Origin: Hydrolagus affinis
Lineage: Eukaryota
Direction: 5' to 3'
Assembly: GCA_012026655.1 (NCBI GenBank)
Contig: JAAILG010000168.1
Span: 62,001 to 126,000, forward strand
Length of the DNA: 64,000 bases
Of this stretch, positions 1 to 14,247 are shown one piece after another. Positions within the stretch are counted from its first letter, which is position 1; each line of letters starts with the position of its first letter. The position numbers and the translations under genes are program-made. The notes under the pieces were generated by a model, which was not told where the DNA came from, did no database searches, and saw only the letters and a list, made by a program, of their open reading frames with translations.

Positions 1-280
1 ATGGGTGTGGGGGTGGAGAGGGGAGAGAACTGCATCGCTGTAAATGTTATTTATTGTGTTATATGATTGTCTTTACTGCACTTTAATTAGACCTTCTAAA
101 ATCCTTGCATTGCATTCTGCTGACACTTCTAACCTTAGGCTGCTTGTTCTACATCTGCACATTAAGCAACACTCACATGTGGGAAGTTGACATAATTCAG
201 GCCTGATTTTGTAAGTGTGCTTTCAATTACAGGTAATAATTCTCTGATTTTTTTTCCTCTACTCCCTTGTTCCATTTTAG

Positions 281-424
281 AAATTTAAGCAATAACAAGA
301 TCACAGACATCGAGGAGGGGGTTTTTGAGGGAGCTACAGGTGTCAATGAAGTACTGTTGACCGGCAACCGTCTGGAAACTGTGCATCTCAAAATGTTCAA
401 AGGATTGGATAGTCTTAAAACTCT
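281..424 (+). CDS. slit2: slit2 coding exon (~exon 18), LRR domain 3
   Basis: ttttag|...|gtgagt; 144 nt; [48 protein letters not shown], closely resembles vertebrate SLIT2. Confidence 0.96.
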
Positions 425-699
425 GTGAGTCAAAACAGTAAACTGTGTCTCTAATTTTCCATTTAGTAAAGGACTGTTGGCCAGAACAAATGTTCTTTTT
501 GAGCTAATTATGGAATTTTCCATTACCTGTGGAGCTCTCTCCAGAGATTTATTTTTAGACTATTGACTTGCCTGATGCCATGAGAAGGTTTTCGGTCTGG
601 ATTATTGCCATTAACCCCCATGTACGATCTTTTTCTACGATTGTTTATATTATTTGCGTTAAGTTTGAATATTTCAAGAGGATTTCTTAAAGTCCTTCA

Positions 700-1200
700 C
701 ACAGCTGTCTGGGAGCTGAGCTGAGAGGAGAGGGGAGGTGGCAGAAAGCATGGAGGAAAAGATAGGTCCTAAAGCGGGTTTTGAATGTGGGGAGAGAGCG
801 AGCCACCAATGTTTGAGATGTGAAGCAGCCTTGTGTTCGCTAAGCAAAGGGAGCAGACGGGGAAGAAGATTTACAAGAAGTCACAGAGCTAGGGTGGGGC
901 GAGGCCACAGAGGGATTTGAACTGAGGGGATCAGGATCTTGAATTAGTTGCATTGGGGAATTGGTAGCTATTCAAGCTGAGCAAGGATGGGAATGTTGGG
1001 CTTATGGAGCGTGGTGTGGAAGAGGCTAGAGGTCTGAATGGTCTACAGCTTGTGTAGGGAAAAGTTGCAGAGCCAGCGAGCAGTGAGAGGAATTTAGCAA
1101 GTAATTTATGTTGATGATGATGGTGCATCTTTGAAATGAAAGACCTTAATACTGTAAACTCATGGTGGAGTTCCAAATGGAGCATGCAGTTTGTGGCTGG
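700..1200 (-). mobile_element. highly degraded L2-clade LINE fragment
   Basis: Purine-rich segment resembling the better-preserved L2 copies in this window (e.g. gatcaggatcttgaatt). Confidence 0.45.
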
Positions 1201-3305
1201 CTGATTGAGAGTTCGGTGGGTGTTGGCTTAGACCAATCTGTACCAACAGTGATTCTGTGCATTACCTGTGGGCAGCCATAGAATTCAAAGAAGCAGTGTT
1301 GAGATCTTTGAGATGGCCTCCTAACATAGACATTATTTGAATGTAAATTGTATTATATGCCATTGCAAATCTTCATCCTGAATCCATTTACACTCAATAA
1401 CATCTTCACACACATAATATTCACTCCTAAACTATTTGCTGCAAGTTCTCATGGGGATGCAATGAGCAAAATAATCCAGTGGCAGTGGTTTCAGAAGCAG
1501 GGCCATGGAGGTAAGGAAGCTGAATTACTGGCTGTTCAGTAATCAACTCTTCGAAAATAGTAAGCATTGCTAATGTCTCCCTCCATTCACATTGTTATTA
1601 AAATCCATCTCCCGTACATTTGGTGGATGGAATGGAATTCTGTTACATACAACACATGCATAGGATAAATTGTATATAGCACTGTAGAAATTGGACATTG
1701 CATAGAAATTGCCTACAATTTGTCTTGAGTGGTCAGACATCATCAAAATCCCATTCAGATCACATTAAACAGCTTTTCATGTGTTGGCCTACACACTTCA
1801 CAGTTTGATCTAAGCCAATGTTGCCTAGAAAAGACATATTCCTGTAAATACACTGACCTGCAGCAGGTTCCTTAATAAACCTGATTTGTTTTCTAACAGT
1901 CTCGAAACGCCACTTTGTTTGAAACACAAGAAAAAGAGGGGAATCAGAATTGGTCTTAATGATTAGGTTAGGAAAGGAAACATCTGCTATGCACTGCTTA
2001 CCAACCCCTCCTCTCCCACTAGAGAGTCCATATGCATAGGCGAAGATAGGTTAAAGCTCTTCTGGGTTCTCCCCCCCTCACAGTTATTCTGCCTCCAAAC
2101 AGTCACAAACTTGGATCACCAGTGGAAAACTTGGGCAGGTTCATGCAGTGATTGGCAGCTGTGGAATAATTACTTTCCTCTCCCATCACCGAGAGAGGAA
2201 AGGAAGGGAGGAAAATGCCGCACAACAATAGGAAACACAAAAATACAAATTAAACAATCATGCCTTCCCACAGCAATGCTGAAATTTTGTAACACTGAAG
2301 AAAGATTTGTTCCATTTGAAGCCACTGACTGGTTGCTAGGAGTCTTTAAATTTTGCTGAGCCGAGCATGTTTCTTCAAATACAAAATCTGCAAAATTGTT
2401 ATCATTGGCTTTACAAATGTCACCATCATTAATCTATCAATATTCCTGCATCCAGTGCAATTTCGAGATATAAAACTAAAGGTCAGAGTATTCAGCGAAA
2501 CCTTTCAGTTGTGTGTGCTGATAAAGTGGTGGATTTGCAATGTGTCTGGCTGGATATTTGGGCTATTATAACAGCTGGACTACAGGAAGGAGTTGGCATT
2601 AAGGAATTTGGTTCCCCTGGTGTGAAATGTAAATATTTCCATATACCAGCATCATCTGTTTTATCTTTTATATAACTAGAGGCTGGCTGCTTCAGAAGCA
2701 CAAGCAGGTTGTGGTTGTAAGTGCTTTAGGATTGGAGCTGAACCCCAGAGCAAACGGTGCTTCTTATTGTATAGATAGCATCATAAAGATTGTGTTTGCA
2801 TAGCCTAACACAGGAGTCTCCTGCTGCCAAGGCAGCTCTTTGGCTATGTCTGGTGTCCATTGCTCCTATTCATTTCAGTGACAAGTGTAAAGCTTCTGTT
2901 TCTTTCAGTAAAGTAGCTTAATTTATTTTTTTTGGAATTCCAGAGCATAAATCAGTCTTAATTTTGATAACGATTTTGTGTATGATTGAAAAAAAAGCTT
3001 CCAACAATTGGCCAAATTCTCTTCAGGCGAGATAATAGAGTAAATCTTGACTCTGATGGAATTTCACCCCATATATTTCTAAATGTGATTCTATGTTTTA
3101 TAAGCAGTTTGATAATTTCAAGTCTGGAATGAGTACACTTATAATTTTAGCATTTTACATACATGCTTTATGACAAACCACACTTTTTTGACTGAAGTAG
3201 ATATATTTCCATCTCTTTAACAGAGTTATTTTCCGCAGGACTGAAATAAGCCTGTGTAGTTGCCTCCGGCTGCATTGTAACACTTGTTCTTTCTCTATCC
3301 TGCAG

Positions 3306-3449
3306 GATGTTGAGGAGCAATAAGATTAGCTGTGTGAGCAATGACACATTCACAGGGCTCAGTTCTGTCCGCCTGCTCTCGCTCTATGACAATCAGATCA
3401 CAACCATCTCTCCAGGAGCCTTTGACACACTTCATTCACTGTCCACACT
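3306..3449 (+). CDS. slit2: slit2 coding exon (~exon 19), LRR domain 3
   Basis: tgcag|...|gtaagt; 144 nt; [48 protein letters not shown]. Confidence 0.96.
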
Positions 3450-4634
3450 GTAAGTTGTGGTGAGAAACCTGAGATGGGGTGGGGATGGAGAGGGGGAAGA
3501 GTGGTGTTATTATAATGCAACTTCATTTTCGGAAAAATTATGACTTGGATGACTTCTTTAGACGTGGACCAAAAAACATTTTAACGTGTAATTTAATTTT
3601 GCATAATCGAACAAACATTCTCAATGGACCTTCACGTCAATGGATTTTCTGGCAGAGAGTTGATTATTTATTGAAGGCACCAGGATCTCCAGTTAGAAAT
3701 TCATTTTTTGCTACTGACAAGTAATCAGTATGGCTGTCAGCTCCGATGGAGAACCTATTCACTTGTGCAAATAAGGAATGGAAGTCTGGAAATGACATGT
3801 TAATGAAATAGCCCCTTGTCAACTCAAAATCCAATCTGAGAGTCATCTTCGGATTGAATTACCATTTTATTATTTCAGCTCAGTTTGACAATGGAGCTGG
3901 AGCTTGTCAACAATTTGAATTACATCCAAGTGAGCTGTAACCAATAACGCATTGTATTCTGGATTGGACTCTTTCAAATCGTAAAGACGTCAATGTACCA
4001 ACTTTTATGTTTTTTCATACAAATTTTTTTTGTGTGTGGAGGAATGTTAGCGCTCTGCAATAGAACACATTATAGTGACCCAGTTACAGCACCAAACACT
4101 CCAAGCTTAGGGATAGCACAGAGTGAAGTTCTCTTTATTGTGTCCAGAGAGTGGGGTTAATCTGCTCTTCGTATGTTAAATGAAGTAAATTAAGTGATGT
4201 GTGCTGAGTTCAATCCTACTTTTGTTGCTAGGCTTTGTGAAAAAATCCCTGTGCCTTTATATGAATAGCTTTACTGCAATATATTATAAATAATTTACTA
4301 CATAGTACTTCGAGGAGGATTTGTTGCACCTATATACAGTAGTTTGCAGCATAAATTAGATTTTAAACATTGGCATGAGATCCTTCAGAATATGCATTCT
4401 GCGATAATGATTTGTATTGATCAGAAAAGAATAATAATCTTTTTCTTTATGTCCTTTTCAGTAGGATTTCCAACCCTAAAAATTTACTGGAAAAGTGCTG
4501 CTAGTAACAATTTGCATACGTTAAATCCCCAAACTCTCTTTGTGTTGGGTGTTGCTCTCTGATGAGCTACGATCAATTTTAACTCACTTGTTAAGATCAC
4601 TGATCCCATTCTTGTCCCTTTTGGTTCTCTTCAG

Positions 4635-4801
4635 GAATCTGCTATCTAATCCCTTTAACTGCAATTGTCACCTGGCCTGGCTGGGCGAGTGGCTCAGAAA
4701 GAAACGCATTGTGACCGGGAATCCTCGCTGCCAGAAACCCTATTTTCTGAAAGAGATTCCTATACAGGACGTAGCAATCCAGGACTTTACCTGCGACGAT
4801 G
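4635..4801 (+). CDS. slit2: slit2 coding exon (~exon 20), LRR-CT 3
   Basis: ttcag|...|gtaagc; 167 nt; [55 protein letters not shown]. Confidence 0.97.
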
Positions 4802-6734
4802 GTAAGCACTTATTTAACATGATGTTTGCTAATCATAAAAAAAATTTGACCTCGGTGTCTGAAAAATGTACTCTCCACAAAATTTTCAAGGAATTTCCTG
4901 TACAGTGCACAGAAGTGCAAGGCTTTGTCTCCATTGAGATCTGACTACTCTGTGAGGGGTATATTGCAACCCCTGAAGAAACCCTGTTTGCATCATGGGG
5001 ACATCCGTTGGTAATTTTGCAGCAATTAAATGCAAGTTTGTAATATCATCGTGGGTGATGTTGCTAATGAAGTGAGGATAAGGAGTTAATTCCTGGATCA
5101 TCTCTGCATGAAAAAGAGACAATGGTCGTAATTTTTTTTCCAATTTCCCCAGACTGAGCAATTTAACCTTCAGAATCCAAACCCTTGCTTAGGTTGTTAA
5201 TTTTGCTGAACATATTGCTGGTGATAAATAATGTTTGAGTGGTGAAGTCTCACCTGCTTTCTGGAATATGACATCTGGAAGTTTTGCAACGCATGGCAAA
5301 TCAGCTTGTAAGAAGCATTCATTGATGTTGAGTTGTTACAAAGAAATTAAAACTGTTGCAATTAAACAATTAATGGGCCTTCTATGCATATTGTTGTTCT
5401 GTTTAAGTGGAGCATATATTTCTTCCCAGTGAGCAGAGAGTTCAGTGCTGGAGCAGAGAGCTTGTTTACTGAGGATTATGTGTGCATCCTGTGGACGTGA
5501 GGTTTGCGATTGAGCAAACGGCTCTGACTATTTATTCATGTCTGTGCTTCCTGTCACACACGTCTCAGTGTGTACAGTTTTAGTGCTGTGATTTCCTGGG
5601 AACATTATCCTGGGCATTGACCTGCATTCATTCAGTGACATGAATAAAACATTGGATACAGTTTGTGGTTGTGCTGTAACCCACACTACTACGGTTTTCC
5701 CTCATAGCTTTAATATAATGATGTTTGCTCCAAGAGCAGTGTTGTCAATTTGTGTCAACTACACAGATCCAAATGCATCTAGAGTGTAAGTCACATTCAA
5801 AAGACAGATTTTCATTATTAGATATCTGTTTTAGGGAATTAGCACTGTGAGAGGGGCAGATTCATATGGCTTAATACTGAGTTGCTACTCAGGTAACTTC
5901 CCACACACCTTTGGCTCTCATCACTTTTTTAATGATATACTGTATATATTTTTAATGGTTGGATGTTTTCTCCACAGTAAGGACAAGTGTCAATAATGCA
6001 ACCCTCCCCACCGTTCTCAAGACACCACTCTATAAAACCTGCCCTTGCCATTGATTTCAACCATTTACTCTTATCACCTAGTGGAGAGTTCAAAGTAGAA
6101 TCCCCTGAACCTCAAATTCAAGTCAAATACAATCTCCAGAATATCTATTATTGAAGCTTGTTCCCCATTTCTTTTTAAAAAATAATATGCCCACCCTGTC
6201 CTACCCCTGTTCCCATACCTCTGGTCCCTGCAGCATATATATCAGTGTACCACATGGATTATATGACAGTCTGCAGAATCTTCTGATACCGTTCTCAAGG
6301 AGATGCGTTGTACAATCGGTTACAAGTGACATATAGATGAAAAAAACCCTCTTGTCACTTGTAGATTATCTGTAGCTGTAGATTATCTTTAAAAAAAATA
6401 AACACCTTGGTTTCTGTTCTAAGGCTGCTGTTCAGATCCCTGAATCTGGGCTCTCTAGTCCTACTGCCTAGGGCTGATCAAACAAAATCAGTCCTTTTTT
6501 AATTGATGCAGCATAATTTTATTGTTTTTCTACCTATTAGTTTCATGTTTTTTTTTCTCTCTCTGACAATCTCTAGTTGTAGTTGAGGTTTGTAGCCTCC
6601 TTGATTATATGCAATAAATACATACAATTTTAAATGGGAATAAACATTAAACCCAGAATAAAACGTTACAAACAAAAAATAAAATTTTCATGTCGGGAGG
6701 ACGTCCCAAGGCACTGAGGACCAAGACAGCAGAG

Positions 6735-6945
6735 CAAAAGGACACAGGTATAGAGTTGTAAGGGCAATTTCAGGAGAGTTCCAGGAAGTATTTCTTTACC
6801 CAAAGGGGAATTGGTTGGCAGGAAGATAGGTTGAAGGCAGGAAAGAGTACCCATTTTAACGAAAAATAGCTTGATGCTGTGATATTTGGTCAGGAGAGTA
6901 AATATTCTGGAAGGATGACCAAAAGGTCGTCTTCACATCCAAACC
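6735..6945 (+). mobile_element. CR1-type LINE 3' fragment
   Basis: Degenerate GH.Y...KG.F.....KYFFTQR ORF2 C-terminal motif; preceded by an L2-type tail remnant at ~6667-6715. Confidence 0.55.
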
Positions 6946-7011
6946 AACCTTGTTATGTGTGTCATCACCTCACCATAAAGGGAAACTGGGTAAAGCAGAG
7001 AGTTTTTAATG

Positions 7012-7210
7012 TTTTCTGCCTAAACCATCCAGACTCCTCAATTAGATTACAGCATGTACTCACTCCCAGGTATCCATAATTCTCTATATAAACCATTCAA
7101 ACCCCTTGATAATAATCCAGTTTGTGAATTACTCCCAGATATCCAGTACTTTCTGTCTAAACCATCCAAGCCCTTTAATTAAATTTTTAAGCTTTAATAG
7201 CTCCCAAGAA
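7012..7210. repeat. degenerate ~69-bp tandem repeat, 3 copies
   Basis: TAAACCAT at 7021, 7089, 7158 and CTCCCA at 7063, 7132, 7201. Confidence 0.7.
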
Positions 7211-7426
7211 ACTATTCTACTGCTCTGTTTTCAATTTTTTAATCTTGTTACATTTTTGATAGAGAAATGCTATAATGCTGTTCAGTGGGTTCACATCGAC
7301 AGCTTGGATCCATTACCTTGAACAATGGGTTCTATGTGTTTAAGTGTCCTTTAGAACCATTCTCGGGGGTCTGAGTATCGATATTTATTTCTTCTTTCTA
7401 ATAATATATTTTTGTCCATAACCCAG

Positions 7427-7559
7427 GAAATGATGACAATAGCTGCTCACCACTTGCCCGGTGCCCTGCTGAGTGCACTTGCTTAGATACTGTGGTACGT
7501 TGCAGTAACAAGGGACTTAAAGTCTTACCCAAGGGCATCCCCAAAGAAGTGACAGAACT
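7427..7559 (+). CDS. slit2: slit2 coding exon (~exon 21), LRR-NT 4
   Basis: cccag|...|gtaagt; 133 nt; [45 protein letters not shown]. Confidence 0.96.
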
Positions 7560-8806
7560 GTAAGTATAATTACTTGTTTCTTCTTTCAAGCCTTTAATTT
7601 CAAAACAAGTAGCCAACAGTTCAGAGTTTAAGCAAAACACAGTCAGGGCAATCAAACATAGTGATTGGGGACTCACAAGATTTCATTAGATGTCACTCCT
7701 GTTCACTTTATGTGCAGGAAATTGATATTTTATGAGGCAGAGGAAGGTGTGATTGTACTAACTAAAAGGTCAATTGCAGTGGAGTTAGAAGGACCATTCC
7801 CTAGAGCAACATCCAGCTGACACTGGGTAGAGTTCAGGTCCATTTTTACTTATCGGAAATCTCACCGCTAGAGTGAGTCCCAGGAGCAGAGATTTCCACA
7901 TTTCAGTGTGTGTTTTGCGTAATTTGAAGTTCTGTCCCCTGGTACTTCAACCCTTATGAAAGGGATTAGAGCAGGGTATGCAATGTAGAGAGAGATTCAG
8001 AGGCAATTCTGCTGCTGGGGAGCTCAGTATTTTGTCTGACTTCTTATTCATCATGTAGACACAGTAAGCTCAAACAGCACAAGTTTTTATAACCTCGGGA
8101 AACAAAGGCATAGTTCAAAAGGCTGCAGATTCCTCAATTATGTTAATTGCTGTGTGCGTGTGTGTGTGTCTGAAAACACTGACATTAGAAACATTTTTAG
8201 AAAATATATAAGCCTATGATTAACCACTTCAGATTTCCCGATGATTTAGTCAGCAACAATTGGAACTTATAGCAGTTTGGCAAAAATGATTGTTTGATTT
8301 GAAGGTACCCACTTTAGTTATTATTTGGTCAGCCAGCTGTCTGACACACTCCAAAACTCACCACCACTCTTGATTTCATCCTTACCTGTGGTTCCTCTCG
8401 TACTGAGCAAGATTATTATTATAACGACACATCATCATAAAACTAACCTGTGTCGAAACCAGACTGAGTGTTCCACATATATATGCCACCTACACATGGA
8501 AATCTCTCTTTGTCTAGAATGGAATACACACTCTCTTCTTGGAACCACACACTGTTTATCTAATCCTGGAGAGTTTTCATCACAGGTTAGGAAAGAACAA
8601 GACTTGGAAACCCCAATGTGCACTGAGTGTGCACAAGTTTCATTAGCGAAAACTGCATAGCTAGTCATTGCAAATACATTCTGACACTGCTTATCCAGCT
8701 AGGACCATCTGACCCACTAGAGCTTTGGTTTACAGGGTCAATACAAGTTGAGTTGGAAGAATTTTTGCCTCAGTGACTGATCTGCCCTATCAGCCGTTCA
8801 ACCAGA

Positions 8807-9263
8807 AACTCCCTCTTTGTCAGCCTCTCCAATTCTTCCCTCCACAAGCTGCAGATCATCTAAAACTTTGCAGCTTGTGTCCTCTCCCACATATGGCTCC
8901 ATGATCCCATGATCCCCAGAGGATATAATTCACATTCCTCGTCCTTATTTTCAAGACCCTCCATGGCCTTGGCCCCTCCTGCCTCTCTGACCTGCTTACC
9001 CCCTATCAACCTGTCCGTTCCCACCTTTCAGCAGGCTCCAGCCTGCTTCCTGTCTCCTGCTTAAAGCGCAATACCATTGGTGGTTGGGCTTTCGGCATCT
9101 CTGCCTCCTCTTTTCAACCATGCCTTCAGCCACCTCCCACCTTCCCACCTCCCTCATCCCAACGCTGCTATCGCCACATGCTAGGGTCCTGACCCGTGAC
9201 TGTTCAGTGCCTTATGATGCCCTCTAGACACGAAAGATGCTCTACAAATATAATTTTGCTGTT
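8807..9263 (+). mobile_element. L2-clade LINE 3' fragment
   Basis: Encodes degenerate SSLHKLQII.N.AA; ends in gaaagatgctctacaaatataattttg tail; homologous to 57062-58364. Confidence 0.8.
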
Positions 9264-10807
9264 TAAAAGGAGTATGGATGCACCTGCCTCACTTGCTGCT
9301 CTGGCTGTAATTTTAAACTTTGCTGATATCTGACTCCCTTTCCCTCACTTCATCATTTCAGAAGGTCTCTGGATTGGGTTGGGAGTTTGCACAATCACAC
9401 GGCCAATGTTATCTTTAATTGCATTGAAAAGTAACTGCTTCTGCAGTTTTCAGCATACACAGAGCTGGATGATATGTGTTGGGCTCAGAAATTGGGTTGT
9501 AATTTATTTAACAGGCCCAATGCAATAGAGAACAGAAAGGATAAATCAGACTGCCTGGTGCATGTTGCAGTATCACTGGGAGGGATATCACTTCACTCCC
9601 AGCAGAATATGCAAAGCGTTGAAGCAATCTCAGTGGAGTGTGTGGCTTCATGATAGATATCCCAGCTGTTAGAACAGAGACACTAACAATAACTAAGCAA
9701 TTAAGAATCAAGAATGTTCACATTTTTTTGCTGATGGTTCCTTTGTGTCTTATCACATCTAGCTATGAAGAAGAATATGTTTATAAGGTGTGTGTTAGTT
9801 ACGAGACTTTTTCCAAAGTCATTCAGAGATTATCGGAACTAGCAGTAATTAATATTTGAAGTAGGCAATGGCAGCGCTCAGTCTTGCTGAAAATGTGGTT
9901 CTATTTAAAATCTCTAGGATCAATGGCCCACAAATCACAGTAATTAATATTTAAAAGAACAAGTTCCAGTTTCACACAGGAGCTGTATTAATATTTAACT
10001 CCAAGACGGCCATTAACAACCTTGCATAATCAACCATAATAAATATTTTAGAGCCACAGTAACAATTAACAGTCTCCCAGGAGCCCTGATAATTAGAACT
10101 TAAAACAACTGTAAATGAAAGCCTTCCTCAGTGGATAAAAAAACTACAGGATTAAAAAGGATTTTCCAACCCTCCTGTTAGGTCCTATAGGACATAATAA
10201 ATAATGTGTAGAATTTTTTTTATTTGTTTTATACGACTTATTTTTGACAAGAAACCTGCAGGGATTTTACTAAATAGTTTGGTGCATGATACTCTCTGAC
10301 GCACAAGATTGACAGATGTCTTTTTTGTGTGAGAGGCTGTATTTGACTCGTTGTTGGAAGATAGAAAGTTGTTTGCATTTGCTTGTTTTCAAGAAAACTT
10401 TAAAGATCCAAGCCAGACTGAGAGATCCCCATATGTATTCCATCTATGCATGGAATGGTATGTGCCCCCTTTCCATGCAGGGACGCACCCTGCTTATCTA
10501 ATTCTAGGGAGTGTTAGGTCCAGTTTGGGTTAGAGCCAAGACTTGAGGAGTGTGATTTGGTGGTATAGCTGGAATATAATCTGCTGAAACTGTATAGTTT
10601 GTCAATTAGAGCAATGCCTGGCAAGCTTATTGCTGCTTGTCCAGTTAGCTTAATGCCTTGATGTGAATATAGTAAGGTGGGTCTTCCAGAAGGATGAAAT
10701 CAAAATTGGCTGAAGGACCTTCCTCATCGGACCACACCTTGTGAGGATCATTCTACCAGTTAGGACTTTTCTTTTCCTTCCCCTGATATGATTCTTCTCT
10801 GTTTCAG

Positions 10808-10876
10808 ATATCTGGATGGAAATCAATTTAGCATGGTAGCCAAGGAGCTGTCCAACTACAAACACTTATTACTAAT
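10808..10876 (+). CDS. slit2: slit2 coding exon (~exon 22), LRR domain 4
   Basis: ttcag|...|gtaggt; 69 nt; [23 protein letters not shown]. Confidence 0.94.
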
Positions 10877-11829
10877 GTAGGTACTTTCAGGGTTATAATT
10901 AAGATAGTTTGAAAAAAATCAGATTCCTTTGTTTAAGATTGATAAATAAGCGAGGGCAGGAAATGGGGAGTCCTTGATAATCAATGTTTAGTTCAGAATC
11001 AAAGTGCTTTTAACTGAGTTGCTTTTACTATGTTGCAATTACTGTAAATAGTTGTTATTGAAAATAGATTTAAAGATTGAATTTGTACAGTGCTGAGATA
11101 CACAATTGATAAAGCGATTTACAGAAATGTGTCTGTGTCCGCGCAGTACTGAGATAGACACAGTCTAGGGTGATTTCACAATCACAGAGTATATAATCTG
11201 CATCTCTGTTATTTCCTACGATATTTCAAACATAACTAGAAATTATGTTGTTAATTTCAGTTGTTAGGTTGCTTAGTAAGAAGCAGGACCGGAGGTCTGG
11301 TGCAAGTTGCCTGCCTACTCACTCGTCCAAGGAAAGATTGATGTCATGAGAAGGAAATAGGCAGAATAGATAAATTGTCTGTTCCATAGGGTAATACTAT
11401 TGTCGTACAGCCTGAGCTGCAACATTTACAGTAACTCCAAATTGCACTTGTTTATAGTGCCTTTCACTTTGGGAGGATGTCCCAAGATGCTGAGACATAT
11501 TCATAAATACAACGTCTTGTAATCCCCTCCTCTGCTCACCCCGTCTCTTAGCTGTTACCATTGGTGGGCATGCGTTCTACCTCTACCACCCTCCCCACCA
11601 TTTCTGGAACTCCCTGCCTCAATCTGTACTTCTTGTATCTATCCTTAAATCTAGGGCATACCTCTTCGACCGTTCCTATAGTAGCTCCCGCTACTCCCTT
11701 GATTGGCATCCAACACATGACTTTCCTGCAGAAAGGTCACTATATAAATGCAAGTTGTTGTTGTCTTGTGAATCTGTGGAGAAATGTAACTATCTGTGCT
11801 TCTCTGCCATTTGTCTCCTGTTTTTCCAG

Positions 11830-11901
11830 TGATTTAAGCAACAACAGAATCAGTACATTGTCCAACCAGAGCTTCAGCAATATGACTGACCTCTTAACTC
11901 T
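11830..11901 (+). CDS. slit2: slit2 coding exon (~exon 23), LRR domain 4
   Basis: tccag|...|gtaagt; 72 nt; DLSNNRISTLSNQSFSNMTDLLTL. Confidence 0.95.
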
Positions 11902-12623
11902 GTAAGTATTGATCTTCTAGCTTCAGTTATTGGGTCCTATGTTTGCTGTAAACATGCTGAAGAAGCATATTGGGTCAGTGAGAGGGGAAGTTGGGAAACA
12001 AAGTTGAGTGGGATTGATCTGACTCCAAGGTAATATGACTGTCAAAGGCAGAGCTGAGTCAAGTTTCAGTGTTCGACTCAATGATTGGATTCCTGATCCA
12101 GGCACATTTTCAGTAGTCCAGGAAACTGCTGATGATTTATTCGTCCGCCTGTCTCAACAATGAGACTGGGAGACAAAGTCAAATCACTGGAGCTTAAGAA
12201 TTCCTCCTCTTAATAACCCTTCGTAATGGATACGCAGACAACATAGATAAGCAGCAGACTGCTACCTAGTACATCATTCTGATACTCTGCACAGATTTAG
12301 ATAGCCAACCCCAATGCATCTTAGGATTCTGAGTAGCTTAGCATCTGCCAACTTGTGCATATGTTCTTCACACATAGACAAACAGGATATGTTTTTCTCT
12401 GCCTTTGTGATTTCTTAGTTCCTGCTTTTGGACCTTCTTAAGCACTGCAAGGTGTTTGCACATGTCTCAGACACCCAGCTGACCTCTACTGAGTATTTTC
12501 TGGACACTTCCTGAAGAAACTGCTGTTTGAACTCTGTAGCAAAGATTCGCACTGGAGAAATGTTTCACATGTGGAAGTTTGCGCTATTCTGTTTACAGGG
12601 ATATATGTCTTTGGTTTTCACAG

Positions 12624-12695
12624 AATTCTGAGTTACAATCGTCTGAGGTGCATTCCAGCTCGGGCATTTGATGGCTTGAAGTCTTTGCGTCTGCT
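12624..12695 (+). CDS. slit2: slit2 coding exon (~exon 24), LRR domain 4
   Basis: cacag|...|gtgagt; 72 nt; [24 protein letters not shown]. Confidence 0.95.
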
Positions 12696-13642
12696 GTGAG
12701 TATTAGGAAAATGACACAGATTGGGTGATTGCTGTTGACTTTCAAGCTTAGTATTTCAGATAATTAGGCCGGTCTACACATCTGGCCACATTTAGACCAG
12801 GACTGTGTGTAGAATTTCATTTTTGAATGCTGTAGATTGATTGCAATATTGAGGACAATTTTTAAAAAAATGTCTGCTCTGGGTGGCAACTTCTGCAGCA
12901 GGAAGAAGAAATGCACCACTTACACACAATCCCATCCTTCTTCTTCACTGTAATGTGTGTGGCACCCCTTCGGTTTTAAAACATATTATGTTACCACAGC
13001 TTAAGCAGGTTGCCGCTCACATAACAGTGGAGATGATTCCCCTTTGCTACCAAGTTCCATCTACACACACACATACTTTATTTTTGACTGATAAGACAGA
13101 CTGATGGAGGAATCTGGCATAATGTGTGAGTATCTGACTTTGACTTCTATGTCAAAGCTGAATGTATTTTCTTAGCACTGTAAGTGGTAGAACAAAACTG
13201 GCTAGAAATTCTGATCACAGTAGGCAGAACTTGGTACTGTCATAGGTTTTTTTATCTCTAACTAATAGTTGGCAGGATTGAACTTATTGTAGTTAGAGAA
13301 AGCCTTGAGGGCGCTGACTAGCTCTCTGTATTCTATCTAACATGCAAACATGATTTAATTGTTGCTTGAGGCCAGGTTCCTGAAATTGTGCATTGAGTTA
13401 GCCTGATACTGTTTAAGTGAGGAATCTTGGAAAATTATCTTAATTTGAAAGATGTACTCACAGTATCCTGAACAAACTGAGGGAAATTAGTTTCTAAATT
13501 AAGATTGAATTTTAGAATGTGTTCCATAATTTCTCATAATCTTGCATTTTAAGACAATCAGAAATGTTGGGCTTCAGAAGAGTAGAGGCTGAAATGAATC
13601 TCTGGCAAGCTGTATTCATTGTTCATTACAATTTCTTTCCAG

Positions 13643-13714
13643 GTCTTTGCATGGGAATGATGTCTCCACTATTCCTTCAGGAGTTTTCAATGATCTCTCC
13701 TCATTGTCTCACTT
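13643..13714 (+). CDS. slit2: slit2 coding exon (~exon 25), LRR domain 4
   Basis: tccag|...|gtaagt; 72 nt; SLHGNDVSTIPSGVFNDLSSLSHL. Confidence 0.95.
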
Positions 13715-13814
13715 GTAAGTTCATATTCCAATATCTTTTCATTATTTCAGTGCTTCCACTTTCTTTCTCTTGGATTGCAGTGATAAAATTACCCCAACCC
13801 CTTGCTGATGTGGA

Positions 13815-13960
13815 TTAAGCTGCAGGTTATAGACCAGGAGTTTGCTGGTTCGAATCCTGGTTTGTGCTGAGCCTGTGGGTCTCACCTGCTATATGGGGAG
13901 GCTAACCTCCAAGAAGCCTGCTCCTGTTCTCTCTTCAACACCAGCATAGTGGCAGAGGTT
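13815..13960 (+). mobile_element. old SINE-like fragment with Pol III B-box
   Basis: GGTTCGAATCC near 13847; similar sequence at ~24350-24500. Confidence 0.35.
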
Positions 13961-14247
13961 GTGAGCGTTTGTTATAGCTGGGTAGGGAGAGGTCAGGTTT
14001 GGCTGGATCTCCCTCTACTGTACAGTGGCTTGCCAATACTCACTGCCAACTTTCAAGGGTGAATAAACAGCACTTAGGCATAGTATTGGAGAGCAATATC
14101 CTTGCCCATAGAACCTTACCAAGCAAGTTGAGGCCAGACCAGAAGCAGAGATATGGCATAGGGGGAAAAGATTTAAAGTATAAATGACATTAAAAAGAAT
14201 GGTTATCAATAAAAAGAATGCATCGACAGATGTAAAGATGACTGGTG

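Noticed and set aside
6360-6389. Direct repeat TGTAGATTATCT x2 and simple repeats (8150-8170, 17185-17230, 22548-22590)
   Set aside because: Ordinary slippage duplications and microsatellites
7012-7210. CRISPR-like repeat-spacer pattern
   Set aside because: Eukaryotic intron, only three degenerate units, no cas genes
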